Assembly: GCA_017633255.1 (NCBI GenBank)
Contig: JAGBPS010000017.1
Location: 65,672-129,671, forward strand
Direction: 5' to 3'
Length of the DNA stretch: 64,000 nt
Origin: Bacteroidales bacterium
GTDB taxonomy: Bacteria; Bacteroidota; Bacteroidia; Bacteroidales; WCHB1-69
How positions within the stretch are numbered: position 1 is the first letter of the stretch; each line of letters opens with the position of its first letter. A program made the translations under genes and the position numbers. Positions 38,569 through 47,820 of the stretch are shown piece by piece. The notes under the pieces are model-generated. The model had not been told where the DNA came from, made no database searches, and worked only from the letters and a program-made list of their open reading frames with translations.

Positions 38569-39816
38569 ATGATGGAATCCCAAATCTTCACCCCGTGCCA
38601 GATTGGCCCTATGACATTAAGAAACAGATCGATACGCTCTGCAGCATTTGAAAATATGTGCTATGGTAACAAGCCTTCTCAAGACCTCTTCGATTACCAT
38701 ACTTCGGTTGCGAAAGGCGGAATTGGCATGACTACCGTCGCTTACGCCGCGGTGAACCGCAGTGGTGTTTCTTTCGATGGCCAGCTGTACATGCGGGAGG
38801 AAATTATTCCGGATTTGAAGAAACTGACGGACGCTATCCATGCCGAAGGTGCCAAGGCTTCCATCCAGATTGGTCACTGCGGCAATATGACGCATTTCTA
38901 TACCTGCAAATGTATGCCCGTGGGCGCTTCTACAGGTTTCAATTTATATTCACCTACTTTTGTCCGCAAACTGAAAGAACAGGAGATTTATGACTTGGTG
39001 AAGGATTTCGGTAAAGCCGTTAATCTGGCTCGTGAGGCGGGTTTCGACTGTGTTGAGGTTCACGCTGGCCACGGCTATCTTATCAGCCAGTTCTTGTCAC
39101 CCTATACTAACCACCGTCACGATAAATTTGGTGGTTCTCTCGAAAACCGTATGCGTTTCATGCAGCTGGTGATGAAGGAAGTGATGAAGGAAGCCAAGGA
39201 CGATATGGCTGTGGTGGTGAAAGTGAATATGTATGATGGTTTTAAGTCGGGTATGCAAGAAGAGGAATGCATTAAAGTGGTGCAGGAACTGGAGCGTTTG
39301 GGCGTTCATGCTTTGGTGCTCACTGCTGGCTTCGTGAGCAAGGCTCCGATGGTGGTGATGGCCGGTGCCATGCCACTGAAAACGATGGCCTATTACATGA
39401 ATCCTTGGCGTTTCTGGTGGCTGAAATTAGGCTTGAAATTTGTGGGCCGCTTAATGGTTCCGACCGTTCCTTATAAGGATTTGTATTTCTTGGAAAGAGC
39501 CAAACGTTTCAGAAAAGCGGTGAAAATGCCGTTGATTTATGTGGGCGGTGTTTGCTCGAAAGAAAATATGGATGAGGTGCTGAATGAAGGTTTTATCGCC
39601 TTCCAGATGGCCCGTACTTTGGTCAATGATACTGATTTCATGAATAAAATCAAAGAGGGAACCATCACCAAGAGCGAATGCAAACACTCCAACTATTGCA
39701 TCGGACGTATGTACACTTTGGAGATGAAATGCCATCACTGTGTGGAGAACCTGCCCTGCAAACTGCAAAAGGAAATTGATAAGCTGGAAGCTGAAACAGC
39801 CAGAACAAATAGGTAG
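38569..39816 (+). CDS. NADH:flavin oxidoreductase (Old Yellow Enzyme / 2,4-dienoyl-CoA reductase-like)
   Basis: This is the first ATG of ORF 38554..39816. The motif VEVHAGHGYLISQFLSPYTNHRHDKFGGSLENR is present. Confidence 0.8.
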   Translation: MMESQIFTPCQIGPMTLRNRSIRSAAFENMCYGNKPSQDLFDYHTSVAKGGIGMTTVAYAAVNRSGVSFDGQLYMREEIIPDLKKLTDAIHAEGAKASIQIGHCGNMTHFYTCKCMPVGASTGFNLYSPTFVRKLKEQEIYDLVKDFGKAVNLAREAGFDCVEVHAGHGYLISQFLSPYTNHRHDKFGGSLENRMRFMQLVMKEVMKEAKDDMAVVVKVNMYDGFKSGMQEEECIKVVQELERLGVHALVLTAGFVSKAPMVVMAGAMPLKTMAYYMNPWRFWWLKLGLKFVGRLMVPTVPYKDLYFLERAKRFRKAVKMPLIYVGGVCSKENMDEVLNEGFIAFQMARTLVNDTDFMNKIKEGTITKSECKHSNYCIGRMYTLEMKCHHCVENLPCKLQKEIDKLEAETARTNR

Positions 39817-39832
39817 AATGCACGAAGTGCAT
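39813..39832. repeat. GTAG-prefixed mini-hairpin ATGCAC-GAA-GTGCAT
   Basis: The 6-bp stem is perfect. The same stem recurs at 5039 and 7121. It lies between convergent genes. Confidence 0.85.
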
Positions 39833-39857
39833 GTCTCCACGTCTTGACGTATAAACG

Positions 39858-40304
39858 TTACTGAGCTTTCACCACCGTTTCCGGTAGCACCTGCTTCTTC
39901 ACTTCATACTCTTCGTTGAGCAACATGAAGCATGCCTTTTCCAGGTCGATGCTGCGGTCTTTCTTTGTGCTTTTATTTTGATAGATGAAAGTCCAGGCCA
40001 CGCTTTCATTGGGGGCTAAGTTGGCTGTAATTATTTCTATGTTAGGAAGTTTTGAAGTGTCTCCATGCTCAATTTCCTGCCAAGTAACTTTGCTTCTGAA
40101 AACCTCCTGACGGTAGGATACCCCCAGTTGTTTGTACCCGTTGACAATGGTGATGGTCACTTTGCATTGGCCGGAGGCGAGGTAGGAGGCGGAGCGGTTG
40201 TACTGGTACAGCAGGTTGCCCACACTGTCCACCATGCGGTTGCCCTGGGCGTGGACCAGCAGAGATATCAGGCAGCATAAGGAGAGAATCAGAAGTTTTT
40301 TCAT
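39858..40304 (-). CDS. Hypothetical secreted protein
   Basis: It has a signal peptide (LLVHA/QG) and no recognised domain. It is the last gene of the acyltransferase-GT9 string. Confidence 0.45.
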   Translation of the reverse strand: MKKLLILSLCCLISLLVHAQGNRMVDSVGNLLYQYNRSASYLASGQCKVTITIVNGYKQLGVSYRQEVFRSKVTWQEIEHGDTSKLPNIEIITANLAPNESVAWTFIYQNKSTKKDRSIDLEKACFMLLNEEYEVKKQVLPETVVKAQ

Positions 40305-40307
40305 AGC

Positions 40308-41315
40308 CTAAAATTGATTGATCCAGTCGGCGATTTCCATGGCGGAAATTTTGGTCATGCAGCGGAAATGCCGGCGTGGGCATTTTTTGTAGCCTCTTTG
40401 TCCGCAGGGTCGGCACTTGAGACTGCAAATCTCGAACATTCTGAACTGATGGCGCTGTTCAGGGATGTAGGGATATTTTCCGAATTCGGGCACGGTGCTG
40501 CCCCATACCGAGCATACGGGTTTGCCTAAAGCGGCAGCGATGTGCATGAAAGCGGAGTCACCGGTGAGCACACAGGCGCTCTGTTGTATCAGCGAGGCTT
40601 GTTGGTTGAAGCTGAATTCGCCGCAGGCATTGAAGGCCCGGTCGCCCAATTGTGACACAATCTCCTGGCCGATGTCCTTGACTTCCTTGCCGCCCAGCAA
40701 TATCACAGGTTTGTGCAAAATGGTGGCTATCTCCACGATTTTGGCGGTGGGAATGCGTTGCGTGTTGCGTTCGGCATCGAGATTAACCGCCACATAACCG
40801 TCTTCAAAGAAGATAGGCAGGTCATCGGTGTCAAACTGTTCGTTTTCAGGAATATAATATTCCAGACCTTGCTGATCGTTTTTCACATGCAGAGACTCCA
40901 CGGTCTCAAAGTAGCGTTCCACCAGATGCTGATGGGGCAGGGTGTTGATTTTCACGCGCACGAAAAACCATTTTTTGAAGCTGTGTGTTTTCAAAAATGA
41001 GCAGGGAATATTCAGTTGCTGGCAGATCCGTTTGGAACGGCGGTTGTGCTGCAGGTCAACAATATAATCGAAATTCTCCGCTTTCAATTCCTCCACAATG
41101 GCGTCGGTATCACCTTGAAACACATGGATTTTGGAAAGCTGCGGATTGGCTTTTAAAAGCTCCTGGTTTTTTCTGTTGACTAAAAAATGAATCTCAGCTC
41201 CTTCTATTTGCTGGCTGATGGCGCGGATAACAGGAGTGGTCAGCAGGATGTCACTCGTTGAACTGAAGCGGATAAGCAATATCCGCAATCGCGCCGGAGG
41301 TTGGTTAGCGTCCAT
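40308..41315 (-). CDS. GT9 family glycosyltransferase (heptosyltransferase-like)
   Basis: The N-terminus is ILLIRFSSTSDILLTTPVIRAI, and GDSAFMHIAAALGKP is present. Confidence 0.75.
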   Translation of the reverse strand: MDANQPPARLRILLIRFSSTSDILLTTPVIRAISQQIEGAEIHFLVNRKNQELLKANPQLSKIHVFQGDTDAIVEELKAENFDYIVDLQHNRRSKRICQQLNIPCSFLKTHSFKKWFFVRVKINTLPHQHLVERYFETVESLHVKNDQQGLEYYIPENEQFDTDDLPIFFEDGYVAVNLDAERNTQRIPTAKIVEIATILHKPVILLGGKEVKDIGQEIVSQLGDRAFNACGEFSFNQQASLIQQSACVLTGDSAFMHIAAALGKPVCSVWGSTVPEFGKYPYIPEQRHQFRMFEICSLKCRPCGQRGYKKCPRRHFRCMTKISAMEIADWINQF

Positions 41316-42457
41316 TATTGTTCGTTATATTTAATGTTCAAACTTGTGGTTACAGGGTTGGCGTAGATGTGCAATAGGTAGTACATCATTTTTTCTTTGG
41401 GAACATCTTCCGTGACCGCCTGTTTGTCAAGATAGGCCATGAATTCCTCTTTTTCTTCTTTCGTGTAGCGGTCAGCAAAAGTGTTATTATGGTCAATCAG
41501 GTCGAAAGCGATGAAGTTGTTGGGGAACAGCTTGTAGTTCTGGTAAATTTGCTGGTCCACCATCTTGCAGACTTCATATATCTTGTCATTCTGGTTCAAT
41601 TCGTCCGATATGGTATCAATTTCTTCAATGATTGGCTTTCCTATGGTAAGTTGTGCCCTTCCTTTGAAACTTATGATGCCTTGGATGATGCTGTCGAAAT
41701 CCTCCCCTTGTTTTTTATGGTATGGGCCCGCTTCAGAAAGAGCTAATTCTCTGGCTTTCAGCTTGTCACATGGTTCATATTCGTAGGATATAGTCAGGGG
41801 AGTAAGGTTTATTTTCTTCAGCATATCCATGGGTTGCAGTTCATCATTCATGGCCAGCATCTTCACCAAGCCCTGTTTGGTGACGTCCAAACCGTCTTTG
41901 GTGCGGCCGTCGCGCTGGGCAATCCAAACGGATTCGTGTTCGTCGAAAAGCACATGGTGTATATAGGCCGCAAGATGCTGATAATTGGTGATTTTCTCGC
42001 GCATGGAGACAGAGCGTTTCACAATGAACATCTTGTTCAGCATACCCACCTCCGCTAATAGTCTGCTTGATACCAGATTGTCACCGATAGCAATCTTAGT
42101 GGTGTTGTAATGATTCTGAAACAGATATTCTTCCAGCATGGCAGCATCAAAAGTGATGTCCCTGTGATTTCCGATGAAGACATAATTTTTATCAGGGGAG
42201 ATATTTTCCAAGCCTTTAAAGGTTACCCCGGCGGTAGATAATTGGATGAATTTCTCAATATAACGTCGGGAAGTGGCGTACTGAAAATCATAAATTGTGT
42301 TAAAATGCCGGGCGTCTTCCCGAAGTTGTTCAGGAGAATAATCCGGAATATATTGCTCTAAAGTATTGATAAACGTTTCGTTAGCAATAATCTGGGCAAT
42401 CTTTTCAGGAGCCTCCTCTTCAGAATAAGGCCTTATATCATCGAAAATATCTGTCAT
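41315..42457 (-). CDS. Acyltransferase (PlsC/LPLAT-like, HX4D)
   Basis: ATG 42457 lies downstream of the -7 box. The motif GNHRDITFD is present. The upstream in-frame start at 42490 would include the promoter. Confidence 0.7.
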   Translation of the reverse strand: MTDIFDDIRPYSEEEAPEKIAQIIANETFINTLEQYIPDYSPEQLREDARHFNTIYDFQYATSRRYIEKFIQLSTAGVTFKGLENISPDKNYVFIGNHRDITFDAAMLEEYLFQNHYNTTKIAIGDNLVSSRLLAEVGMLNKMFIVKRSVSMREKITNYQHLAAYIHHVLFDEHESVWIAQRDGRTKDGLDVTKQGLVKMLAMNDELQPMDMLKKINLTPLTISYEYEPCDKLKARELALSEAGPYHKKQGEDFDSIIQGIISFKGRAQLTIGKPIIEEIDTISDELNQNDKIYEVCKMVDQQIYQNYKLFPNNFIAFDLIDHNNTFADRYTKEEKEEFMAYLDKQAVTEDVPKEKMMYYLLHIYANPVTTSLNIKYNEQ

Positions 42458-42479
42458 AAATTTCTTTAAATTCAAAATG

Positions 42480-42487
42480 CAAAGGTA
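42480..42487 (-). promoter_or_regulatory. -7 box TACCTTTG (minus strand)
   Basis: CAAAGGTA on plus strand. Confidence 0.55.
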
Positions 42488-42529
42488 CAATTTTTTTCGT
42501 AATAGTATAATTTTTTATCACGGGTGGAA

Positions 42530-42928
42530 TCAGAGAGTGATACTTAGCAGTTCTTCGGCAAAGCGATGAATGCCTGTGCGTATTCGGTCAGTTTGTTTTT
42601 GACGAGGTGTCGCACGGTGGTTCAGATAGTTGGAAAGCTGTTTCTGGTTGATTCCCGTCATTTTTTCCATGCCTGCCAATGACATGAAGGAGGAGTAGTA
42701 TTCCAGAAAACTTGGGACATCAAATTTCCATTCCAGTTTTACAGTTCCTTTGATTTGTCGTGGCCATCGATTTTCCGGAAGATTTTTCTTCAGAAGACGG
42801 ATAGCTTCCATGGTGTCAGCTTTCACGGCTTCGATGCTGTCGCCACCAGCGTATATCCCTTCACAGTTGTCTGAATAAGCGCCAAAATGATCTTTTGATT
42901 TTTCTATCACCATGATTATTTTGCCCAT
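42530..42928 (-). CDS. hicB: HicB family antitoxin
   Basis: The N-terminal half is HicB-like (KSKDHFGAYSDNCEGIYAGGDSIEAV). The C-terminus is HTH-like (MTGINQKQLSNYLN). Confidence 0.65.
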   Translation of the reverse strand: MGKIIMVIEKSKDHFGAYSDNCEGIYAGGDSIEAVKADTMEAIRLLKKNLPENRWPRQIKGTVKLEWKFDVPSFLEYYSSFMSLAGMEKMTGINQKQLSNYLNHRATPRQKQTDRIRTGIHRFAEELLSITL

Positions 42929-42945
42929 TGTCAGTGTCTCCCTTT

Positions 42946-43134
42946 TCAGTTTGTTTTTAGTTCATATCGTTTAATTAGTTTGATAGCGATTCCTTTGGGT
43001 ATTTCTTTTGCTCCATGATAAGGAATCGGTTCACTTAGTTCACCATTCTTCGTATAGAAGTAATAACTTCCTTCAGCATAATCAAATTTCCATCCTGTCT
43101 TGATAAACATCCGATGAATTTCTGAATATTTCAT
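42946..43134 (-). CDS. hicA: HicA family toxin
   Basis: The protein is 62 aa long with a YcfA/HicA-like pattern (HGAKEIPKGIAIKLIKR). The gene lies immediately upstream of hicB. Confidence 0.7.
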   Translation of the reverse strand: MKYSEIHRMFIKTGWKFDYAEGSYYFYTKNGELSEPIPYHGAKEIPKGIAIKLIKRYELKTN

Positions 43135-43150
43135 TGAACTTTTGGAGTTG

Positions 43151-43158
43151 CAAAAATA
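43151..43158 (-). promoter_or_regulatory. -7 box TATTTTTG (minus strand)
   Basis: CAAAAATA on plus strand lies 16 nt from the hicA ATG. Confidence 0.55.
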
Positions 43159-43205
43159 GCAAAATTTCTATTATTATGAATTGATAAAATCCTTTTTTTG
43201 AGGAA

Positions 43206-44309
43206 TCAATATATCGTGGTGTAAACTTTCCCGGGCTTGCATTCGATGATGCCTTTCAATTCCATACCAAGCAGTAGCGAGGCAAGTTTCGGATAACTCA
43301 TTGTGCTGATTTCGGCGGAAATCTGGTCGATGGTGGCCTCCCGTTTTTTTCTCACCACCTGCATTATGGCGTCTTCTTCCTCGCTGAGTTTGCTGAAGAG
43401 GGTAGGCTGGTTGCACTGAGTCTGCGTTTGTTCCCATCCCATCATGTTGGCGATGTCCTTTCCCGAGCTGACCAAAGCGGCCAGGTTGTTGCGGATGAGC
43501 TCATGGCAGCCACGCTGTGACTTCTGGAAGATGGAGCCGGGAACGGCAAACACATCGCGATTGTACGAGTGGGCAATGTCGGCGGTGATGATACTGCCAC
43601 CTTTTTCCTGCGATTCGGCCACAACAACGGCATCGGCCAGGCCGGCAATCACACGGTTCCGCTTGGGAAAGTTCATCCGGTCGGGCATGGCGTCAAATGA
43701 ATATTCCGATATAATGGCTCCTCCGTTTTCGAGAATCTGCTGTGCCAGTTTCTTGTTCTCATTGGGATAAACCATGCTCAGTCCGCAACCTAATACAGCG
43801 ATGGTACACAGGTTTTTCTGCAAGGCTTCCTCGTGCGCACAGGTGTCAATGCCCCGTGCCAAGCCACTGACAATGCATACGTTATGCGGTGCCAGGTCTT
43901 CCACAATTTTCTTTACCACATCCTTTCCGTAATTGCTGGCGTTGCGGGTGCCGACAATGGCGATGCTTTTGTTGTTGTTGAAACATTCAGCGCCTTTATA
44001 GTAAAAATAGTAGGGTGCGTCACTGCAGTTTTTCAGTCGGTCGGGATAGTGCTCGTCGTCAAAAAAACATATTTTGATGTCATGCTTTCTCGCTTGCTTC
44101 AGCTCGTTCTCTACAAACTGTCGGATGGAGTCGTTGAGTTTGGGCAGTTGCAGGTTTGAGCGGTAGCGGTACAGCTTGGTCGCAGACGACTGAGGGTCCT
44201 CAAACAACACCGTCGCGCTACCGCAGAGGCGTATCAGTTTCTTGATGGCGGCATTTCCGTAGTTCGGGAAGTGTATCAATGCCAGTCGGTAAAATATTTC
44301 TTTTTCCAT
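43206..44309 (-). CDS. dprA: DNA-processing protein DprA
   Basis: The protein carries GLARGIDTCAHEEAL and has a Rossmann-like core plus a C-terminal wHTH-like tail. Confidence 0.85.
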   Translation of the reverse strand: MEKEIFYRLALIHFPNYGNAAIKKLIRLCGSATVLFEDPQSSATKLYRYRSNLQLPKLNDSIRQFVENELKQARKHDIKICFFDDEHYPDRLKNCSDAPYYFYYKGAECFNNNKSIAIVGTRNASNYGKDVVKKIVEDLAPHNVCIVSGLARGIDTCAHEEALQKNLCTIAVLGCGLSMVYPNENKKLAQQILENGGAIISEYSFDAMPDRMNFPKRNRVIAGLADAVVVAESQEKGGSIITADIAHSYNRDVFAVPGSIFQKSQRGCHELIRNNLAALVSSGKDIANMMGWEQTQTQCNQPTLFSKLSEEEDAIMQVVRKKREATIDQISAEISTMSYPKLASLLLGMELKGIIECKPGKVYTTIY

Positions 44310-44332
44310 AATTTTTGATGCTTCTATTTAAA

Positions 44333-44418
44333 ATGGCAACCGGAAGAGAGTGAGTAATTGCCAAATATGTGTAGGGTGGGATGCTGTAATGACGAAAAGA
44401 AGGGAATCCGGTTGCCAT
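44333..44418. ncRNA. Candidate structured RNA (unclassified) closed by a perfect 11-bp stem
   Basis: ATGGCAACCGG (44333-44343) pairs with CCGGTTGCCAT (44408-44418) around 64 nt. An alternative TGGCAA/TTGCCA pairing exists. The element lies in the divergent dprA/aminotransferase intergenic region, and the strand is unknown. Confidence 0.3.
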
Positions 44419-44601
44419 CTCATTACGAGACAAAGATAAAGTATTATTTTCTTATTTTATAGGTATAAATTTAAAAAGTTATCAACATTTTGGGTTTTGG
44501 TAGAAGTTTTTGGAAATCAATGTTTTCCGAGGAAAACAAAGAAAAATGGCAGAAGTGACGCTTTTTTTCAAATATGCGTATGAAAATCCAAAAAAAAGAT
44601 G

Positions 44602-44609
44602 TAATTTTG
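44602..44609 (+). promoter_or_regulatory. -7 box TAATTTTG
   Basis: Lies upstream of ATG 44664. Confidence 0.5.
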
Positions 44610-44663
44610 CTTCACTTTTGAATGCGTGGAAGAAATTTAATAAACAATAAATTAGACATATAG

Positions 44664-45971
44664 ATGATGAAAAAAACTCCTATCCCAGCAGAAATTGTTG
44701 ACAAAATCGTAGCCGAGAGCGGCATCAAGGAAGTGGGCAGAGCCTCTATCCGTGAAGTGAAACGTCTGATTAACGACATTGAAAACGCCAGTGGCGAGAA
44801 GTTCGTGAGAATGGAAATGGGTATTCCCGGACTCCCTGCATGTAAGATCGGCGTGGATGCCCAGATCAAGGCGCTTCAGGACGGTGTGGCCGCCATTTAC
44901 CCTGATATCGACGGTACTCCTGAACTCAAGGCGGAAGCTGCCCGTTTCGTCAAGACTTTCATCGATCTTGATGTTGATCCCGCAGGTTGTATTCCCACCG
45001 TGGGCTCCATGATGGGTGGTATGGCCGGCTTTATGACCTTCGTCCGCGCTCGCAAGGAACGCGACACCACGCTGTTCATCGACCCGGGTTTCCCGGTTCA
45101 GAAACAGCAGCACCGTGTGATGGGCCTCAAATACGAGACTTTTGATGTGTACAATCACCGTGGTGCCAAGCTGAGAGACAAACTCGAGAGCTATCTGTCC
45201 AAGGGTCATGTCCACACTATCATGTACTCCAACCCGAACAATCCGTCATGGATTTGCTTCACCGAAGAGGAATTGCAGATTATCGGTGACCTGGCCAACA
45301 AGTACGATGTGTTTGTGTTCGAGGATCTGGCTTATTTCGGAATGGATTTCCGTCGCGACATTTCCAAACCGGGTGTTTTCCAGCCTTCTGTGGGTAAATA
45401 TACCGAAAACTATGCCCTGCTGATTTCTGGTTCCAAGGCATTCAGTTATGCCGGTGAGCGTATCGGTCTGATGGTGCTGTCGAAGAAGCTGTATAACAGC
45501 GAGTTCGCTGACTTGGTTCCTTATTTTGGAACTCCGAAACTGGGCAGAGCCATCATTTACGGTACGGTTTATGCCATCAGTTCAGGTACCGCCCATTCGG
45601 CACAGTATGCATTGGCTGCTATCCTGAAAGCTTGCAACGACGGTACTTACAATTACTTGGATGATGTGAGAGAGTATGCCGAAAAAGCGGCCATCATGAA
45701 GAAATTGTTCACCGACAATGGTTTTGTTATCGTGTATGACAAGGATGGTGACAAACTGTTGGCCGACGGTTTCTACTTCACTTTGGCTTACCCGGGTTTG
45801 AGCGGTGAGGAATTGTTGAAGGAATTCCTGTACTACGGTATCAGCGCTATCTCATTGGGTATCACGGGTAGCGAGCGTACCGAGGGTCTCCGTGCCTGCG
45901 TCTCTCTGGTCAACAGAAACCAGTTCCCGGCGCTGGAGGAACGTTTGAAAGCATTCAAAGCTAACCATTAA
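44664..45971 (+). CDS. Class I/II PLP-dependent aminotransferase
   Basis: The protein is 435 aa long. SGSKAFSYAGERIG contains the PLP lysine context. Substrate specificity was not determined. Confidence 0.75.
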   Translation: MMKKTPIPAEIVDKIVAESGIKEVGRASIREVKRLINDIENASGEKFVRMEMGIPGLPACKIGVDAQIKALQDGVAAIYPDIDGTPELKAEAARFVKTFIDLDVDPAGCIPTVGSMMGGMAGFMTFVRARKERDTTLFIDPGFPVQKQQHRVMGLKYETFDVYNHRGAKLRDKLESYLSKGHVHTIMYSNPNNPSWICFTEEELQIIGDLANKYDVFVFEDLAYFGMDFRRDISKPGVFQPSVGKYTENYALLISGSKAFSYAGERIGLMVLSKKLYNSEFADLVPYFGTPKLGRAIIYGTVYAISSGTAHSAQYALAAILKACNDGTYNYLDDVREYAEKAAIMKKLFTDNGFVIVYDKDGDKLLADGFYFTLAYPGLSGEELLKEFLYYGISAISLGITGSERTEGLRACVSLVNRNQFPALEERLKAFKANH

Positions 45972-45974
45972 TAA

Positions 45975-47819
45975 ATGAGCAAAATGCATTTTGCGGGAAA
46001 GTTGCTTATAGCATTTTCTTTCCTGCTACTGGCGGCTTGTAACGCCAACACCAAAGAGGCCGAGCCGATACCCCATTGGTTCGATGTGTATTCTTCATTC
46101 CAAATGAAGGATTATCAGGAATATTTTAATCGGGAGCTCCAAGAGATGTCTCCCGATTTTATGCCATATGGGGCTTGGGTGAAGCAGTTTTATGAGCTGC
46201 GGAATGGTGCCCCTTTGTGGACCCTGAATGGTTTGCAAGAGCATAAGGTGGATACATTATCTCATTTTATATCAGAATCTTATACTCATGGATTGCCTGC
46301 CTCCTCTTTTTGTTTAGCGGATGCGGATTCCTGTATCCGTCAGTTGAAAGACAATGCGGTTGACAATGAGGCGAAAGCTTTGTATGAGACTTTGTTCAAA
46401 TTGGAAATGAATCTGACAGAGTCTTTTTTGCGCTATGCCACCGCCATGAAATTCGGGGCGACGGACCCTAAGCGTGTAAATGGGGAAAAATGGTTGAATA
46501 AAACGCAAAAGGCTGATTCTTTGTTTGTGATTGAGTCCTTGCAGCAGTTCGGCAATCTGACTGCCACTTTGGAGCGTATGGCTCCACACGACACGAATTA
46601 CATTCGCTTACAGAAAGAGCTGGTCCGTCTTTATCCCTTGAAAGATACGGTGTTGACCAAAATTCCCGAAAAGGAGATTGCCAAAGGCCAGCGTGATCCG
46701 GCTGTTCGACTGGTATGTCAGCGTCTGCATTTGACAGGAGAACTCTCAGAAAATGTGCAGGAAACTGATACACTGAACGATGCGGTGCTTGCAGCTGTCA
46801 ACTTGTTCCGTGTAAACAATGCCATTCCGGAAAGCGACAAATTGGATGTGGAGACCATGGAAAAGCTGAATCGTCCCATCAGTTATTATGTGGACAGACT
46901 GACAGCGAATATGGAGCGTTTGCGTTGGAAGGTGCTGCCGGCCAAGGGTGACCATTTTGTGGCGGTCAACTTGCCTGATTTCACCTTATGCGCTTATTAT
47001 CAGGGAGAAAGAGTATACAAAACCAATGTTTGTTGCGGTAGAACCCAGAATCCGGCAGGAGTCAAAGATCGGCATAGAGGGGAGCTTGTGTTGCCTTTCA
47101 AGGCCGAAACGCCATTGCTTTATAGCGAGATTGACGCCATCGTGCTGAATCCCGAATGGAATATCCCCTATACGATTACCAAGGATGAGTATTATCCCAA
47201 ATTGGTGAAAAACAATACGGCCGTCATCAAAAAAGAGGATTTGTACATTGTCAATCGTAAAACGGGAAAATATGTTCAGGCCGATACGATTGATTGGAAA
47301 AAACTGCGTCGCAATAATTTGCCCTATCGTTTGTTCCAATCCTCAGGTCGCCATAATGCTCTGGGACTGATTAAGTTCGATTTTCCCAATCCAGAATCGG
47401 TGTATTTGCATGACACCAACAATAAGGGGGCTTTCAAACGCCGTGTGAGGGCGCTGAGCCACGGTTGTGTGCGTGTGCAGAATCCTTTCGATTTAGCCGC
47501 TGTCATCTATGAGCTGAATGGATATGACGAAAAAAGGTTAGAGGAACTGGGCATTATTGTGGGCAATGAGCCGACAACGGAAGACGGGGAGAAGTACCTG
47601 GAGGAAAGGGAGAAAAAAGAAGAGGAATATTATGAAAGACTGTCGGATGAGTTGAAGAAATTCTATCGGAAGATTCGTCCCACACGCCTTAAATTGGAGC
47701 ATACCATGCCGGTGTATTTCGAGTATTATACCTGCTTTGTTGGCGATAACGGCTATATTCATTATAGGAACGATTTGTATTACAAGGACGGAAATATATT
47801 GTATTTAATTCGGAAATAA
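45975..47819 (+). CDS. L,D-transpeptidase family protein (YcbB-like)
   Basis: The YkuD catalytic motif is HGCVRVQNP. It also has a peptidoglycan-binding-like region and a lipoprotein-type signal (LLLAAC). Confidence 0.75.
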   Translation: MSKMHFAGKLLIAFSFLLLAACNANTKEAEPIPHWFDVYSSFQMKDYQEYFNRELQEMSPDFMPYGAWVKQFYELRNGAPLWTLNGLQEHKVDTLSHFISESYTHGLPASSFCLADADSCIRQLKDNAVDNEAKALYETLFKLEMNLTESFLRYATAMKFGATDPKRVNGEKWLNKTQKADSLFVIESLQQFGNLTATLERMAPHDTNYIRLQKELVRLYPLKDTVLTKIPEKEIAKGQRDPAVRLVCQRLHLTGELSENVQETDTLNDAVLAAVNLFRVNNAIPESDKLDVETMEKLNRPISYYVDRLTANMERLRWKVLPAKGDHFVAVNLPDFTLCAYYQGERVYKTNVCCGRTQNPAGVKDRHRGELVLPFKAETPLLYSEIDAIVLNPEWNIPYTITKDEYYPKLVKNNTAVIKKEDLYIVNRKTGKYVQADTIDWKKLRRNNLPYRLFQSSGRHNALGLIKFDFPNPESVYLHDTNNKGAFKRRVRALSHGCVRVQNPFDLAAVIYELNGYDEKRLEELGIIVGNEPTTEDGEKYLEEREKKEEEYYERLSDELKKFYRKIRPTRLKLEHTMPVYFEYYTCFVGDNGYIHYRNDLYYKDGNILYLIRK

Positions 47820-47820
47820 T

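Noticed and set aside
42458-42490. Upstream start (42490) for the acyltransferase, and similar upstream TTG/GTG starts in the track at 50, 1166, 1983, 3890, 12624, 15360, 18544, 19943, 20433, 27118, 29119, 30617, 36371, 38554 and 53842
   Set aside because: In each case the extension overlaps the predicted -7 box or the preceding gene. A downstream ATG gives a sensible N-terminus, such as a signal peptide or a conserved family start.
44333-44418. THF (folate) riboswitch assignment for the 11-bp-closed element
   Set aside because: There are superficial word matches to my recollection of THF-I (AGAGU.AG, UGGGAUG). I could not build the P2-P4 and pseudoknot architecture, the neighbouring genes are not folate-related, and the class is mainly found in Firmicutes. 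It is kept only as an unclassified candidate.
43174-44433. Small ORFs overlapping dprA (43174..43437, 43442..43648, 43444..43770, 43833..44159, 44218..44433)
   Set aside because: They overlap a confident dprA CDS in other frames or on the other strand, and none has independent signals.
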